From positions 1 to 64,000 of the forward strand of contig JBFGZE010000007.1 of NCBI GenBank assembly GCA_041586955.1: 64,000 nt of DNA. The letters are read 5' to 3'. Source of the DNA: Bacteriovoracaceae bacterium (GTDB taxonomy: Bacteria; Bdellovibrionota; Bacteriovoracia; Bacteriovoracales; Bacteriovoracaceae). The position numbers were made by a program, and so were the translations under genes. The notes under the pieces are model-generated. The model was not told the origin of the DNA, made no database searches, and saw nothing but the letters and a program-made list of their open reading frames with translations. Below, in pieces: positions 51,083-61,449 of this stretch. Position 1 is the stretch's first letter. Each line of letters starts with the position of its first letter.

Positions 51083-53080
51083 ATGATTCATTCATTTCAA
51101 TTAAAAAGTCCATTTAAGGCCACCGGCGATCAACCTCAAGCGATTAAGCAATTAGTCGAAGGCTTTAAAGCGGGGAAAAACAAACAAACCCTTTTGGGGG
51201 TGACGGGCTCTGGTAAAACCTTTACCATGGCGCATGTCCTCCAGCAATTAGGGAAAAAAACTTTGGTTTTGGCCCCCAATAAAACTTTAGCTGCCCAACT
51301 TTATTCAGAATTTAAAGAATTATTCCCAGACAACGCGGTTGAGTATTTTGTCTCTTATTATGATTATTACCAGCCTGAGGCCTATGTTGTAGGTACTGAT
51401 ACCTATATTGAAAAAGATGCCTCTGTTAATGACGAAATTGATAAACTTCGGCACGCAGCGACTCGCAGTCTTCTGGAAAGAGATGATGTCATTGTTATTG
51501 CCTCGGTTAGTTGTATTTATGGGATCGGCTCGCCTGATGAATACGCCTCGCAAAAAATGACCCTTTTTGTTGATGATGAATGGGAGAGGGATGCCTTTCT
51601 CAAGCAATTAGTGGCAATTCAGTATGACCGCAATGATATCGATTTTTCCCGTGGCACTTTTCGAGTACGAGGCGATTTAGTCGAAATTTTTCCGGCCCAT
51701 GAGGATAGCAATGTCATTCGTGTAGAGTTTTTTGATGAAACGATTGAAGCGATTTCGCTAGTCGATCCTCTGCGTGGTAAAGTTCTTCAGGAATTAAAAA
51801 AGGTCGCGATCTATCCTAAAAGCCATTATGTGGTAAGTGCCAAGCGCATGGAAAAAGCGATCGAGGAAATTAAAGTTGAACTACGCGAGCGGCTCCAAGC
51901 ACTTAAGGCCAATAAAAAACTAGTTGAATACCAACGGCTTGAACAGCGTACTCTGTTAGATTTAGAGATGATGGAGGAGATGGGATTTTGTTCAGGTATT
52001 GAAAATTATTCCCGCCATCTTACGGGCATGAAGGCAGGGGAGCCTCCTCCAACCCTCATTGATTTTTTCTTTAAAGACTTTCTTTTAATTATTGATGAGT
52101 CTCATATTGCTGTTTCCCAGGTGGGGGGGATGTATAAGGGGGATCGATCACGTAAGGAAAACTTGGTAGAGTACGGTTTTCGGCTACCAAGTGCCTTGGA
52201 TAATCGCCCTTTAAAATTTGATGAGTTTGAAAAAAAAATAGATCAAGTTCTCTATGTTTCTGCGACTCCTGGTAATTATGAGTTAGAGCAATGCCAGGGT
52301 GAATTTACAGAGCAAATTATTCGTCCCACAGGATTATTGGATCCGATGGTTGAAGTTCGAAATGCTGAATTTCAAGTTGATGATATGCTGGTTGAAGTGA
52401 AGGACGTGGTGGCCAAAGGTCAACGGGTTTTGATTACCACCTTAACTAAAAAATTAGCTGAGGAATTAACGAGTTATTATCAATCTGTTGGCATAAAAGT
52501 GAAGTATCTTCACTCTGATATTAATACTCTCGAGCGGATGGAGATCCTACGCGATTTGCGCTTAGGAGAGTTTGATGTGTTGGTGGGGATTAATCTTTTA
52601 CGAGAGGGTTTAGATATCCCAGAAGTTTCTCTCGTGGGTATTTTGGACGCTGATAAAGAGGGCTTTTTGCGTTCGGAGCGCTCTCTTGTGCAAACTATCG
52701 GACGGGCGGCCAGGAACGCAGAGGGGAGAGTCATTCTTTATGCCTACAAAACAACCAAAAGTATGGAAAGGGCGATTGGGGAAACTAATCGCCGACGAGA
52801 AATTCAAAAGGCCTATAATAAGGCCCATGGCATTACCCCGCAAACCATTCTGAAAAAGGTTACTGGTGGGATTATTGATACCCTCCGGGGGCCTAAAAAG
52901 GCTTCCAAGGGCAAGAAGATCGAAAAATGGGATCATCTGACGATTGAGGAGATCGATTTAAAAATTAATGAGTTAAAATTAGAAATGAAAGAACATGCCC
53001 GACGTTTACGTTTTGAAGAGGCCGCCCATTTACGAGACGAGATTAAAAAGCTGACAGAGTTGAAATTAATGTCTTTATAA
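51083..53080 (+). CDS. uvrB: Excinuclease ABC subunit B
   Basis: [50 protein letters not shown] tail. Confidence 0.98.
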   Translation: MIHSFQLKSPFKATGDQPQAIKQLVEGFKAGKNKQTLLGVTGSGKTFTMAHVLQQLGKKTLVLAPNKTLAAQLYSEFKELFPDNAVEYFVSYYDYYQPEAYVVGTDTYIEKDASVNDEIDKLRHAATRSLLERDDVIVIASVSCIYGIGSPDEYASQKMTLFVDDEWERDAFLKQLVAIQYDRNDIDFSRGTFRVRGDLVEIFPAHEDSNVIRVEFFDETIEAISLVDPLRGKVLQELKKVAIYPKSHYVVSAKRMEKAIEEIKVELRERLQALKANKKLVEYQRLEQRTLLDLEMMEEMGFCSGIENYSRHLTGMKAGEPPPTLIDFFFKDFLLIIDESHIAVSQVGGMYKGDRSRKENLVEYGFRLPSALDNRPLKFDEFEKKIDQVLYVSATPGNYELEQCQGEFTEQIIRPTGLLDPMVEVRNAEFQVDDMLVEVKDVVAKGQRVLITTLTKKLAEELTSYYQSVGIKVKYLHSDINTLERMEILRDLRLGEFDVLVGINLLREGLDIPEVSLVGILDADKEGFLRSERSLVQTIGRAARNAEGRVILYAYKTTKSMERAIGETNRRREIQKAYNKAHGITPQTILKKVTGGIIDTLRGPKKASKGKKIEKWDHLTIEEIDLKINELKLEMKEHARRLRFEEAAHLRDEIKKLTELKLMSL

Positions 53081-53084
53081 TCCT

Positions 53085-53630
53085 CTACATTTCAATCGAT
53101 TTAGTTTTAATATAATGAGCGATTTCCTTAATTCTCAGTTGCGCCTCACGACTTTCCTGATGGTCTAAAAGAACATCAAGTAATTCATTCTCTAGACCTA
53201 GTTGACAGGCGAATAAGTCCGCTTCAAATTGCGCCTCTAGCGGGGTGATATCCCGCTTGGAGTGATTATGATAGAGATGGCCTAGCTCATGAGCTAAAAT
53301 TGCCGCTCCGTACATTGGGGCGGCCGAGCGAAGGGATTGAATAAGGTCAGGGAAGACTAAGATGACATGATACTCATTCATCGAGCCTAGCGCACAGCTC
53401 AATTGACCATTGGCCTTAATAAACGCAATATTTTTATCCATCTTGGAAAAGGCCTTAAGAATATGAATAGGCATCGATTCAAATAAAAAAGAGATAATTT
53501 TTTGGTAACGGGGCATATTGAGGATCCAATCGTGATGAGGATTGGTCAGGATTCGCTCGAGGTAGCTTTCAATAAGAGGGGAAGTCTCTTTATTTGTGAT
53601 GGGAAGCATTTTTTTTAATTTGTGAAACAT
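53085..53630 (-). CDS. HExxH zinc metallopeptidase-like protein
   Basis: AILAHELGH...QFEAD.FA. Confidence 0.7.
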   Translation of the reverse strand: MFHKLKKMLPITNKETSPLIESYLERILTNPHHDWILNMPRYQKIISFLFESMPIHILKAFSKMDKNIAFIKANGQLSCALGSMNEYHVILVFPDLIQSLRSAAPMYGAAILAHELGHLYHNHSKRDITPLEAQFEADLFACQLGLENELLDVLLDHQESREAQLRIKEIAHYIKTKSIEM

Positions 53631-53751
53631 AGGTTCCTCCAATTAGGACTATCGGATAAAAAGTATCGGGAATTAGTTTTTTCTTCAGATTGGTGCGAGG
53701 TGGCATAATTTTCCTGGAAAATCATCCACTCAAGAATGTTAAAATAAAAAT

Positions 53752-54126
53752 GTGAAATACTTTTTATTGGGTTTATTCTTTTCGTTTCATTTGAATCTCG
53801 TGGCAAAGGCCTACGAGAAGGCCGATACGTTTATCGTGAAAATCCATAACGATCGTGTTCGGGTGGTCTCACCAACAGGTTACGACCCTAAAATGGCGAT
53901 TATCATCCAAAATAAAACACTCACACCAATAATCGGTAAAATTGTTAAAAACCAGGGAGAGATTCTCCATTTTTTGAAAATTGGCCCTTCTAAAAGTCGA
54001 AGTTATCCTTTAACTATTAATAAAGGGGATCGTGCTTATTTTATTCCCCAGTCTCCACCATTTCAAAAGATTGAATTGGTATTAGGTCGGAAGGTATATG
54101 AGATTCCTCCAAAAGAAACAAAGTAA
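53752..54126 (+). CDS. Secreted hypothetical beta-rich protein
   Basis: Signal peptide (AKA|Y); overlaps the next gene. Confidence 0.65.
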   Translation: MKYFLLGLFFSFHLNLVAKAYEKADTFIVKIHNDRVRVVSPTGYDPKMAIIIQNKTLTPIIGKIVKNQGEILHFLKIGPSKSRSYPLTINKGDRAYFIPQSPPFQKIELVLGRKVYEIPPKETK

Positions 54127-55234
54127 AAAAACAATCTTAGTTATTAGTGATATCCACCTCGGAGCGGGGTCCGTGGTTAACGGTCGCCGCAATTATTTAG
54201 AAGATTTTCAATTTGATAAAGAGTTAGTGGATTTCCTCGAATATTATTCAACAGGGAATTATGCTAATCAGGCGGTCGACTTGGTGATCAACGGTGATCT
54301 TTTTGATTTTCTGGCCGTTCCCTTTGTTTCTTATTTTGATGATGAGTTTTGGTCAGAAGATGCTGCTTTTGAAAAATTAAAAATGATCATTAATGCCCAT
54401 AAGGAAGTCATGGCCGCTTTTGTTAACTTTGTGAAGCGCAAGGGGAAGAGCATTCGCTATATTTTAGGGAATCATGATGGTGAGATGATCTTTCCGCGTT
54501 TACAGACTTATTTGCGTGAACAATTTCCCGCGGAATTTAGAGACCGCTTTATTATTGATCTCAATACTGAGGGGGTTTTTTCACCCGCTCCAGGTGTCGC
54601 TCTTAAGCATGGGCATGAATATGAGTTAGCGCACCAATTTGATTTCCAAGACAGTATAGTGGAAGACGATCAGGGCAATAAGTATTTCATTCCGCCTTGG
54701 GGCAGTTATTATGTGACCAGGGTGATCAATAAATTTAAAGAAGAGCGCGAGCATATCAATGCTGTCCGGCCGATTAAAAAGTTTCTCATCAATGGCCTCA
54801 TCTATGATACGATTTTTACTCTTCGCTTTATGTTTGCGAATGCCTTTTACTTTATCATGGTGCGCTTTATTTACCTTTTTAAGCAAAATCGCTCATTGGT
54901 TAGGCTTCTGCGTTATGCGTGGAAAGAGCTAGAGCTATTTCAAGATTATGAATCCATTACCAGCGAATTTTTCGAAAAATACCCTCAGTATCATACGCTG
55001 ATTGTTGGCCACACCCATGAGCCCAGTTTGCGATCTTTTGCCAATGGCACGACTTTTATCAATACCGGGACTTGGACGCGGATGTACCATATGGATTTTG
55101 GCAAACGCAATGACACGGAACAATTGACGTACGCTCAGATTGATTTGGTAGAAGGGAAAAAAGGGGATCACTCTGAGGTTTTTCTTAACGCCTGGAAAGG
55201 TGTCAATCCTTTACCTTTTATCCAGCTTTCTTAA
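54098..55234 (+). CDS. Calcineurin-like metallophosphoesterase
   Basis: SDIH, NGD.FD, GNHD, HGH, GHTH, NTGTW. Confidence 0.9.
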   Translation: MRFLQKKQSKKTILVISDIHLGAGSVVNGRRNYLEDFQFDKELVDFLEYYSTGNYANQAVDLVINGDLFDFLAVPFVSYFDDEFWSEDAAFEKLKMIINAHKEVMAAFVNFVKRKGKSIRYILGNHDGEMIFPRLQTYLREQFPAEFRDRFIIDLNTEGVFSPAPGVALKHGHEYELAHQFDFQDSIVEDDQGNKYFIPPWGSYYVTRVINKFKEEREHINAVRPIKKFLINGLIYDTIFTLRFMFANAFYFIMVRFIYLFKQNRSLVRLLRYAWKELELFQDYESITSEFFEKYPQYHTLIVGHTHEPSLRSFANGTTFINTGTWTRMYHMDFGKRNDTEQLTYAQIDLVEGKKGDHSEVFLNAWKGVNPLPFIQLS

Positions 55235-55637
55235 TCTTTCTTTTGAATATGGTATCGATTTTATCGATGAGGTTTTGGGCAGAATAAGGCTTCACCATTA
55301 AATCAGTGATACCACTTTGAATCGCCGCCATCACTTTTTGTTGATCGCTATCAGATAAGGTTAATAGAAAGGCACAGTCCTTATTCCAATGGGTATGGGA
55401 CTGTAGTTTTTCCTTAATTTCTAAGGCCGAAAGTTTATCCACTTCATTATCACAAATAACTAATTGAAAAGGCCTATTTTGCTTGAAGGCGTCCTCTACC
55501 TTAGACCAGGCGATTTCACCATCTTTGGCCTCTGAGACCTTGGTAAAGCCAATTTCAAGCAGCATTCTCTTGAGTCCTTGTCTAATGGTATCACCACCTT
55601 CGATGATAAGAATAGGCATACTGGCCTTGAGCTTCAT
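55218..55637 (-). CDS. Single-domain response regulator (CheY-like)
   Basis: ILIIE, EAKDG, LVICD (phospho-Asp position), GITDLMVKPY. Confidence 0.85.
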   Translation of the reverse strand: MKLKASMPILIIEGGDTIRQGLKRMLLEIGFTKVSEAKDGEIAWSKVEDAFKQNRPFQLVICDNEVDKLSALEIKEKLQSHTHWNKDCAFLLTLSDSDQQKVMAAIQSGITDLMVKPYSAQNLIDKIDTIFKRKIKKAG

Positions 55638-56821
55638 TACGCAACCTCTTTTTGCATTTCTGTTTTTGGTTTGTAAACTATTATTCCATAAAGAACCTGA
55701 ACTAGAGCAGGGGGAAAATTATTTTCTAGGCCTGGGATCATGGCGAGATCTCTAATCAGAGTAATCGTTTGCTTGAGAGTATATCGTTCACCATTTATTT
55801 TACCACCGGAGAATTCAAGTACATGAGCACAAAGGCCAAGTACTTGAGAAAGGGGGTTTACAAATTCATCTTTTTTCATGTGAGGGTAACCGGTGCCATC
55901 TATTCTTTCGTGATGTTCTTCAATAATACTGGCACAATTGGGAGAAATTTGAAGCCCTGCTTTTTTTGCCAGATGGATTGAAAATAGTGAATGTTTACGC
56001 AGCTCTTTCGTCATTTCATAGGAGATCAGGTTATGGGGAAAATAATCGATATCAGAATTAATTTGACTGGTTCCTAAGTGGGAAATGAAGGCCGCAATAA
56101 TTAAGTCTCCCAATTCTTCATCATCATCTAGACCATTTTGTTTGGCCAATAAAAAACTGAGTGCCACCAAGCGATTTGTAAATGAATCGTGATCTAATAA
56201 TTGATCCCCAAGATATTTCGCTAAGCTCGTAGAGGGGCCTATATAAAGACTTAACATCGTTGTTTGCTCTTGGACTGTTTTAATGAGAGGGAGGAAGTCA
56301 TCATTGCTAAGGCCTTTGCATAAACTATTTTTAAGATTAAGTATATCTTGTGCTTTAATAGCAGCTTTTTCTTCAGGGGTTAATTGGTCTCTTGGGGTCT
56401 TCTCCTTCTCCTGTTGATCGTTAATGACTGATGGGGTAAAACCAAAATTAGTATCGGCCATGGGATCGGCTGAGGATGATTGATCATTTTCATGAGATTG
56501 GTATTGACCTCTTATCTGGGCAATCCTGTCGATCTCCTTTTGGGGCGGATGGTTTTGCACGAGATCGGGGATATTTTCTTCTTCTAATTCTGAAAATCGT
56601 AAAAAGGTTCTTTTTTGTCTTAATGAGATGGCAATCTTTCCACCTTTCATTGTGATATAGGAAAGGAATTGGCGTTTGTCTTCGCAAAGGGGAGAATTCG
56701 CATTGAGATAAATGGAATAGTTTTTATTTTGCGGGTTAAAAATATGAACCTGAAATGGGAAGGCCCTATCCTTTGGTAATAGATTAATACTAATAAAAAA
56801 GTATTCCCTTTCCTTACTCAT
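55637..56821 (-). CDS. Degenerate HD-GYP domain protein
   Basis: HHERIDGTGYP present; HD replaced (AAFISHLG); downstream D and RxY absent. Confidence 0.8.
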   Translation of the reverse strand: MSKEREYFFISINLLPKDRAFPFQVHIFNPQNKNYSIYLNANSPLCEDKRQFLSYITMKGGKIAISLRQKRTFLRFSELEEENIPDLVQNHPPQKEIDRIAQIRGQYQSHENDQSSSADPMADTNFGFTPSVINDQQEKEKTPRDQLTPEEKAAIKAQDILNLKNSLCKGLSNDDFLPLIKTVQEQTTMLSLYIGPSTSLAKYLGDQLLDHDSFTNRLVALSFLLAKQNGLDDDEELGDLIIAAFISHLGTSQINSDIDYFPHNLISYEMTKELRKHSLFSIHLAKKAGLQISPNCASIIEEHHERIDGTGYPHMKKDEFVNPLSQVLGLCAHVLEFSGGKINGERYTLKQTITLIRDLAMIPGLENNFPPALVQVLYGIIVYKPKTEMQKEVA

Positions 56822-59640
56822 TAGGCGGCCCTCCTTTTGAAAAAGGAGAAGAATCCCATTTTCTTTTTTTTGGGTTTTTCTTTTTCTGGAGGTTTGGTGG
56901 TTTGATTCATTCTAATGGGCGTAAAGTGTTGTATCATTTTTCCACGAGAGAGTTCTAGAACGGCCTCAAAGAGAGCATTTTTTTCTGTCGCTAATTCTTC
57001 TTTGGCGCTGGCAAGAATAAAACCTAGTTTTTTCACTCCTTCATAAAAAGGGAAGACAAAGTCATAATGATCATCCTTTATAGGGGATTGATACCAAGTC
57101 GGAGAGTCTACCTCGTTCCATAAATCCCAATTTTCAAGGAGATAAGATTCCCATTCCTCAGACTCCAAAAAATCACCTTGATGGCCACAATGCACTAATT
57201 CTTGAGCACCGGTCTGAGGATTAGTCCAATAAAAGCTGGTATTTATTTGCAATTCATCTTTAAGAAAATTGGAAAAATGCTCAAAGAAGTTTTGATTAGG
57301 GTAGTTTTGATAAATATGAAGGCCCTTAATGAGATATTCAAGGCCATGAGATTCTGGCGGATACAAGGTGAGAGCACCTTCGACTTCCTGATCTTGCACA
57401 GATTCTTCCTCTAATAATGATGGATCTATGTTTAATTGTGCCATTTGTTTGGCCAGGTCGGCACCATTGTGCTCTCCTGGTTCAAAATGATAACTTTCTT
57501 CATCGAGAGCAGCTTTTCCAATTTGAATCGCATCAAACTCTTTTTTGAATTTAGAATAATCGATGCTACCGGCGGGCCCACTTTCCTTTGATAACTTTTT
57601 GAGGACATCTTCCTCAATTTCTGGAACCTCTTTTTCTGGCCCTCTTCCAGATGGTGTAAAATTATTGCCCCAGATATTTTTATTGTGGTGGAGAGAGTGT
57701 TGGTTGGAATAGTGAGATTTGATATTATCGGATTTATTATCGGCCTTGTTCCCAGAACTTAAATCAATCTCATCGATGGCGGCGGCCCCTTTGAGGTCAT
57801 TTTCTGCCTTTTCATTAAGAGTAAAACCTATGGTATTGTCGTCTTCTAGGTTTTCATCTTGAGTAGTGGCGTTATTAAAGCTTCCATCAGGGTCAATATT
57901 GGGGAGATATTCGCCTTCGTCATCATTTTCGATATCAAGCTTACTACGTTTTTTATTCCTGATATTTTCAGGTAAAGAGAGATCTTCTTCCTCCTGGTCA
58001 AACCCATCCTCATTTTCTAAACTAAGTGAGGATTTACTTTTCCTTTTTGGCCTCTCTTCTGCATTATTTTTTAGAGTTGCATTTTCGAGCATATTATCAA
58101 GGTCAGTAGGAATTCCTTCATGAATATTGGATTGCGTCTCTTGTTCTATTTGGTTGAGCATATTCTCTAGCTCATCATCAAGTAGATCTAGGGACTTGTT
58201 GGTTTTTTTAGGAGGTTTTTTCGCATTCATTTCTTGAGTGGATGCGGTCTTATTGTTTTCCTCTTCCAAATTTAAACGAATTTGGGAGCGTTGTTTTTGA
58301 GTGAGACCGAATTCATCTTCTTTGTCTAAATAATCATCGTCCTGAGCGTCCTCTAGATCTAGCTTTGTGGGAGGAGATCTTCTTTTCTTCGCTTGCTCTT
58401 CTTCTTCAGCTGCTCTAAGTGCCTCTTGTATATCATCTTCTAATTGTAATTTAGTACGATTGGATTCTCCTGGTTTGAGATCATTGTCTTTTTGATATTG
58501 ATTAGGATTTTTTTGATTTTTATTGGTGTTATTTGTTCGCTTATTATCGGTACTATAATCTTCTGATTCTTCGTCTAAATAACTTGAAATGCTATCCATT
58601 AGTTCACTTTTAAGTGGGAGCTCTTTGGAACGGCCAGTGATCGGACCATTTTCTAAGTTGTCGCGAACTGTATCCGCCATGAGGTCTTCGAGTTGTTCAT
58701 CCTCATTTCTCTCTTGTCTACTGAAATCATTGTCAAAGGACTCTTGAAAATTGCTGGCGCCTGTCATATCGCTTTCGATTTGTTCGACACCATCTTGGCC
58801 ACCTTTATAATAATTATCGATAAAATTACTAATGTCCTTTTTCACCTCATTTTCTTTGTCTAGTTCTTCGTTTTCCGCCTTATTGTTAATACTTCCTTTA
58901 TAATAGGAGGAACTAGCGTTATTGTCAGGAATTTGGGGATTTAGCTTTCTTTCACCTGGGGCATAATCATCACTTTTGTTCTCGGCCGGGCCTTCTTTTT
59001 CTCCTTGATCAAAGTTTTCTTCTTTCTCGCTGGAGCTTTGGTTTTCTGCGAGAAATTCCTTCATGCGCTGAGATGCCTGTTCTTCTGGAGTTTTTGGCGC
59101 ATTCTGGTCCGCTTTTTTTCCATGCTCAGCTTGAAGTTCATTCAATTGAGCAGTAAGGTTTTTTTCTTTTTCTTCTACTTTCTGTTGCTCAGGGCCTTTT
59201 TCCTCTTTGCTCTCAAGTTCAAGACGGCGATTAAATTTTCCTTTAGTGCTTGTATTGGCAATGGAGCGTAGGAATAACTTGACTTTGTATTGGAGTGTTT
59301 TTGCTGCAACTGGTTCAACGATACTATCGGTTAGGCCAGCTTTGATAAATTTATCAAGGGTTTTAGGGGGGATGGTTTTTTTGGTGAGCAATAAAATTTT
59401 ATTTTCATTTTTTTTATTTACGGGTTTACATTTTTGTAGCATCGATGCACATTTTCGTGCATTGCTGGCAAGCACTAGGCATTGTCCGATAGTTGCCATC
59501 AATTGCAACATTTCATCAAGTGAATCGACGACGTAAATTTCTATATTATCTTCTTTTGCATGTGGCCCAATGGCCTCTTTCAAATCTTGAAAAGGCTGGC
59601 TGAGGGGAGCAAGAAATATGAGAGATTTGGGGTTGCTCAT
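56821..59640 (-). CDS. Large protein: N-terminal pseudo-receiver, long acidic disordered linker, C-terminal GAF-like domain
   Basis: KILLLT...AGLTDSIVEPV..KTL..KV; roughly 600 aa D/E/N/K-rich; C-terminal FVFPFYEGVKKLGFI. Confidence 0.7.
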   Translation of the reverse strand: MSNPKSLIFLAPLSQPFQDLKEAIGPHAKEDNIEIYVVDSLDEMLQLMATIGQCLVLASNARKCASMLQKCKPVNKKNENKILLLTKKTIPPKTLDKFIKAGLTDSIVEPVAAKTLQYKVKLFLRSIANTSTKGKFNRRLELESKEEKGPEQQKVEEKEKNLTAQLNELQAEHGKKADQNAPKTPEEQASQRMKEFLAENQSSSEKEENFDQGEKEGPAENKSDDYAPGERKLNPQIPDNNASSSYYKGSINNKAENEELDKENEVKKDISNFIDNYYKGGQDGVEQIESDMTGASNFQESFDNDFSRQERNEDEQLEDLMADTVRDNLENGPITGRSKELPLKSELMDSISSYLDEESEDYSTDNKRTNNTNKNQKNPNQYQKDNDLKPGESNRTKLQLEDDIQEALRAAEEEEQAKKRRSPPTKLDLEDAQDDDYLDKEDEFGLTQKQRSQIRLNLEEENNKTASTQEMNAKKPPKKTNKSLDLLDDELENMLNQIEQETQSNIHEGIPTDLDNMLENATLKNNAEERPKRKSKSSLSLENEDGFDQEEEDLSLPENIRNKKRSKLDIENDDEGEYLPNIDPDGSFNNATTQDENLEDDNTIGFTLNEKAENDLKGAAAIDEIDLSSGNKADNKSDNIKSHYSNQHSLHHNKNIWGNNFTPSGRGPEKEVPEIEEDVLKKLSKESGPAGSIDYSKFKKEFDAIQIGKAALDEESYHFEPGEHNGADLAKQMAQLNIDPSLLEEESVQDQEVEGALTLYPPESHGLEYLIKGLHIYQNYPNQNFFEHFSNFLKDELQINTSFYWTNPQTGAQELVHCGHQGDFLESEEWESYLLENWDLWNEVDSPTWYQSPIKDDHYDFVFPFYEGVKKLGFILASAKEELATEKNALFEAVLELSRGKMIQHFTPIRMNQTTKPPEKEKPKKKKMGFFSFFKRRAA

Positions 59641-59647
59641 AGTTATT

Positions 59648-59675
59648 TTATCGGCAATTTTTTCCTCTTTCTTTA
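59648..59675 (-). promoter_or_regulatory. Sigma-28 (FliA) promoter, apparently giving a leaderless mRNA
   Basis: TAAA-N16-GCCGATAA, then 7 nt, then ATG 59640. Confidence 0.65.
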
Positions 59676-59841
59676 CTCTATAGTCATTTCGGCATTAATT
59701 TTTTAAATCATTTGGTAAGGGATTGATTTAACGATCATTTATCGGAAATTATAGTGATCAGAAACTGATTTTGGCGGGTAAATGGCGAATTGAATAAACC
59801 AACAAGTGAACTATTATTTTTGAGTGGGGAGCAAAAAAGAC

Positions 59842-59868
59842 TTTAGAAAACTTTGCCGGTTCCGAAAG
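59842..59868 (+). promoter_or_regulatory. Possible sigma-28 promoter of flagellin
   Basis: TTTA-N15-TCCGAAAG about 120 bp upstream of ATG. Confidence 0.4.
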
Positions 59869-59988
59869 GGTAATTGTCTGCAAGAGTAGGCATTAAAATT
59901 TGATTATGAGAGCAGTATGCTCATTGATCCTCATGGCTAGGGGGTTGAGTTCCAGGGAAGTTGGGACCGATTAGCAAGGAGGATTTAT

Positions 59989-60822
59989 ATGGGTTATAGA
60001 ATTAACACCAACGTCACTTCACTGACAGCACAAAGAACACTAGGCGCAAGTAACAGAGCACAAGAAAGAACGCTTAATAAGCTTTCTTCAGGACAACGAA
60101 TTGTCCGTTCCGCTGATGATGCTGCCGGTTTAGCAATTAGTGAAAAATTGAAAGCTCAGATTCGCTCGTCGAATCAAGCTGAAAGAAATGCAAATGATGG
60201 TATTTCCATGATTCAAACAGCAGAGGGTGGTCTGAATGAAATTTCAAATATCCTTATTCGTTTGCGGGAATTATCAATCCAATCTGCTTCAGACACCGTC
60301 GGTGATTCTGAACGTCAATTCACCGATCTTGAATACCAAAACTTAAAGGAAGAAGTTCAAAGAATTTCTCAGGTTACTGAGTTTAACGGTAAGAAGTTAT
60401 TAAATGGTACTGGCGAAAGGTATGATTTTCAGATTGGGACAAATAATAATGAGTTTGAAGATCGAATTTCTTTTGATGCTCAGAGAGTTAACTCTACAAA
60501 TGAAACTCTAGGAATTGATTCGCTCAATGTTGTGACAAAAGAAGATTCGCAAAATGCCCTTCAGGCACTTGATTCTGCGATCGAGAATATTTCTGGTCAG
60601 CGAGCGGAATTAGGCGCTAAGCAAAATCGTTTGACTTCAACCATTAATAATTTACAAGTATCTTCTGAGAACATGAGTGCTGCGAATTCTCGTATTCGTG
60701 ACACTGATTATGCCTCTGAGACAGCTAAAAATGCGAAGTTAAATATCTTAACTAACGCAGGTACAGCAGTCTTAGCACAATCAAATGCTCAAGGTGGAAA
60801 TGCTCTGAAATTGATTGGGTAA
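59989..60822 (+). CDS. fliC: Flagellin (short, 277 aa)
   Basis: RINTNV, LSSG.RI..ADDAAGLAISE, NANDGISMIQTAEGGL, RAELGA.QNRL, SRIRDTD. Confidence 0.97.
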   Translation: MGYRINTNVTSLTAQRTLGASNRAQERTLNKLSSGQRIVRSADDAAGLAISEKLKAQIRSSNQAERNANDGISMIQTAEGGLNEISNILIRLRELSIQSASDTVGDSERQFTDLEYQNLKEEVQRISQVTEFNGKKLLNGTGERYDFQIGTNNNEFEDRISFDAQRVNSTNETLGIDSLNVVTKEDSQNALQALDSAIENISGQRAELGAKQNRLTSTINNLQVSSENMSAANSRIRDTDYASETAKNAKLNILTNAGTAVLAQSNAQGGNALKLIG

Positions 60823-60847
60823 GACCAAAAATAAATTATTGCAATAT

Positions 60848-60873
60848 AAACCCTCCGAATGGAGGGTTTTTTT
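60848..60873 (+). terminator. Rho-independent terminator after flagellin
   Basis: aaaccctcc-gaat-ggagggttttttt. Confidence 0.9.
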
Positions 60874-61168
60874 AAATTCTCTCGAAGTTTTTCATCTCAA
60901 TTTCAAGGGTACCAAAACTTTCTTCAAAGCGATGGCGAAAGGGATGGTCTGGCGCCAGGCGGGACTTTATCTCTGCCAAATCTTTGCTTAAGCTTTGCAT
61001 TTCCTTAGCTGTCGCAAAGCAGATATCGCATACTTCTTGAGTAAAGATATTGTCCGCGCTTTGCAAGATTTCCAGGTTTTTTTTCACCTGAGACAGTCTT
61101 TGGCGGATGTTGCTTTCAACTTCGGCCAAGGACTCGTCATTAATATCTTTACCATCTTTAAAATACAT
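60872..61168 (-). CDS. Small helical hypothetical protein
   Basis: 98 aa, CAGGA RBS. Confidence 0.6.
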   Translation of the reverse strand: MYFKDGKDINDESLAEVESNIRQRLSQVKKNLEILQSADNIFTQEVCDICFATAKEMQSLSKDLAEIKSRLAPDHPFRHRFEESFGTLEIEMKNFERI

Positions 61169-61449
61169 AAATTATTCCTGCTTTATTGTGTTATCTCTAT
61201 TTTACCGCAGTTGTCTTAATGGTCCTGTTGGGAGAGGGCAAAAGTGCGCTTATTGATGAGATTTTGTGCAAATAAAACTTAATTATTAGTGGGTTAAGCG
61301 ATAAAAAATAAATATTTTTTTTGGAAAGATACATTTTTTTAAAAAGCTTTAACTTGTTGAATTTATGAACCTTGCCTCATTTTTCGGTCAGTTTTAAATC
61401 CCAATTATGAAAAATGAGTGACTTCTTTCAATAATAATTATGGAGATTC

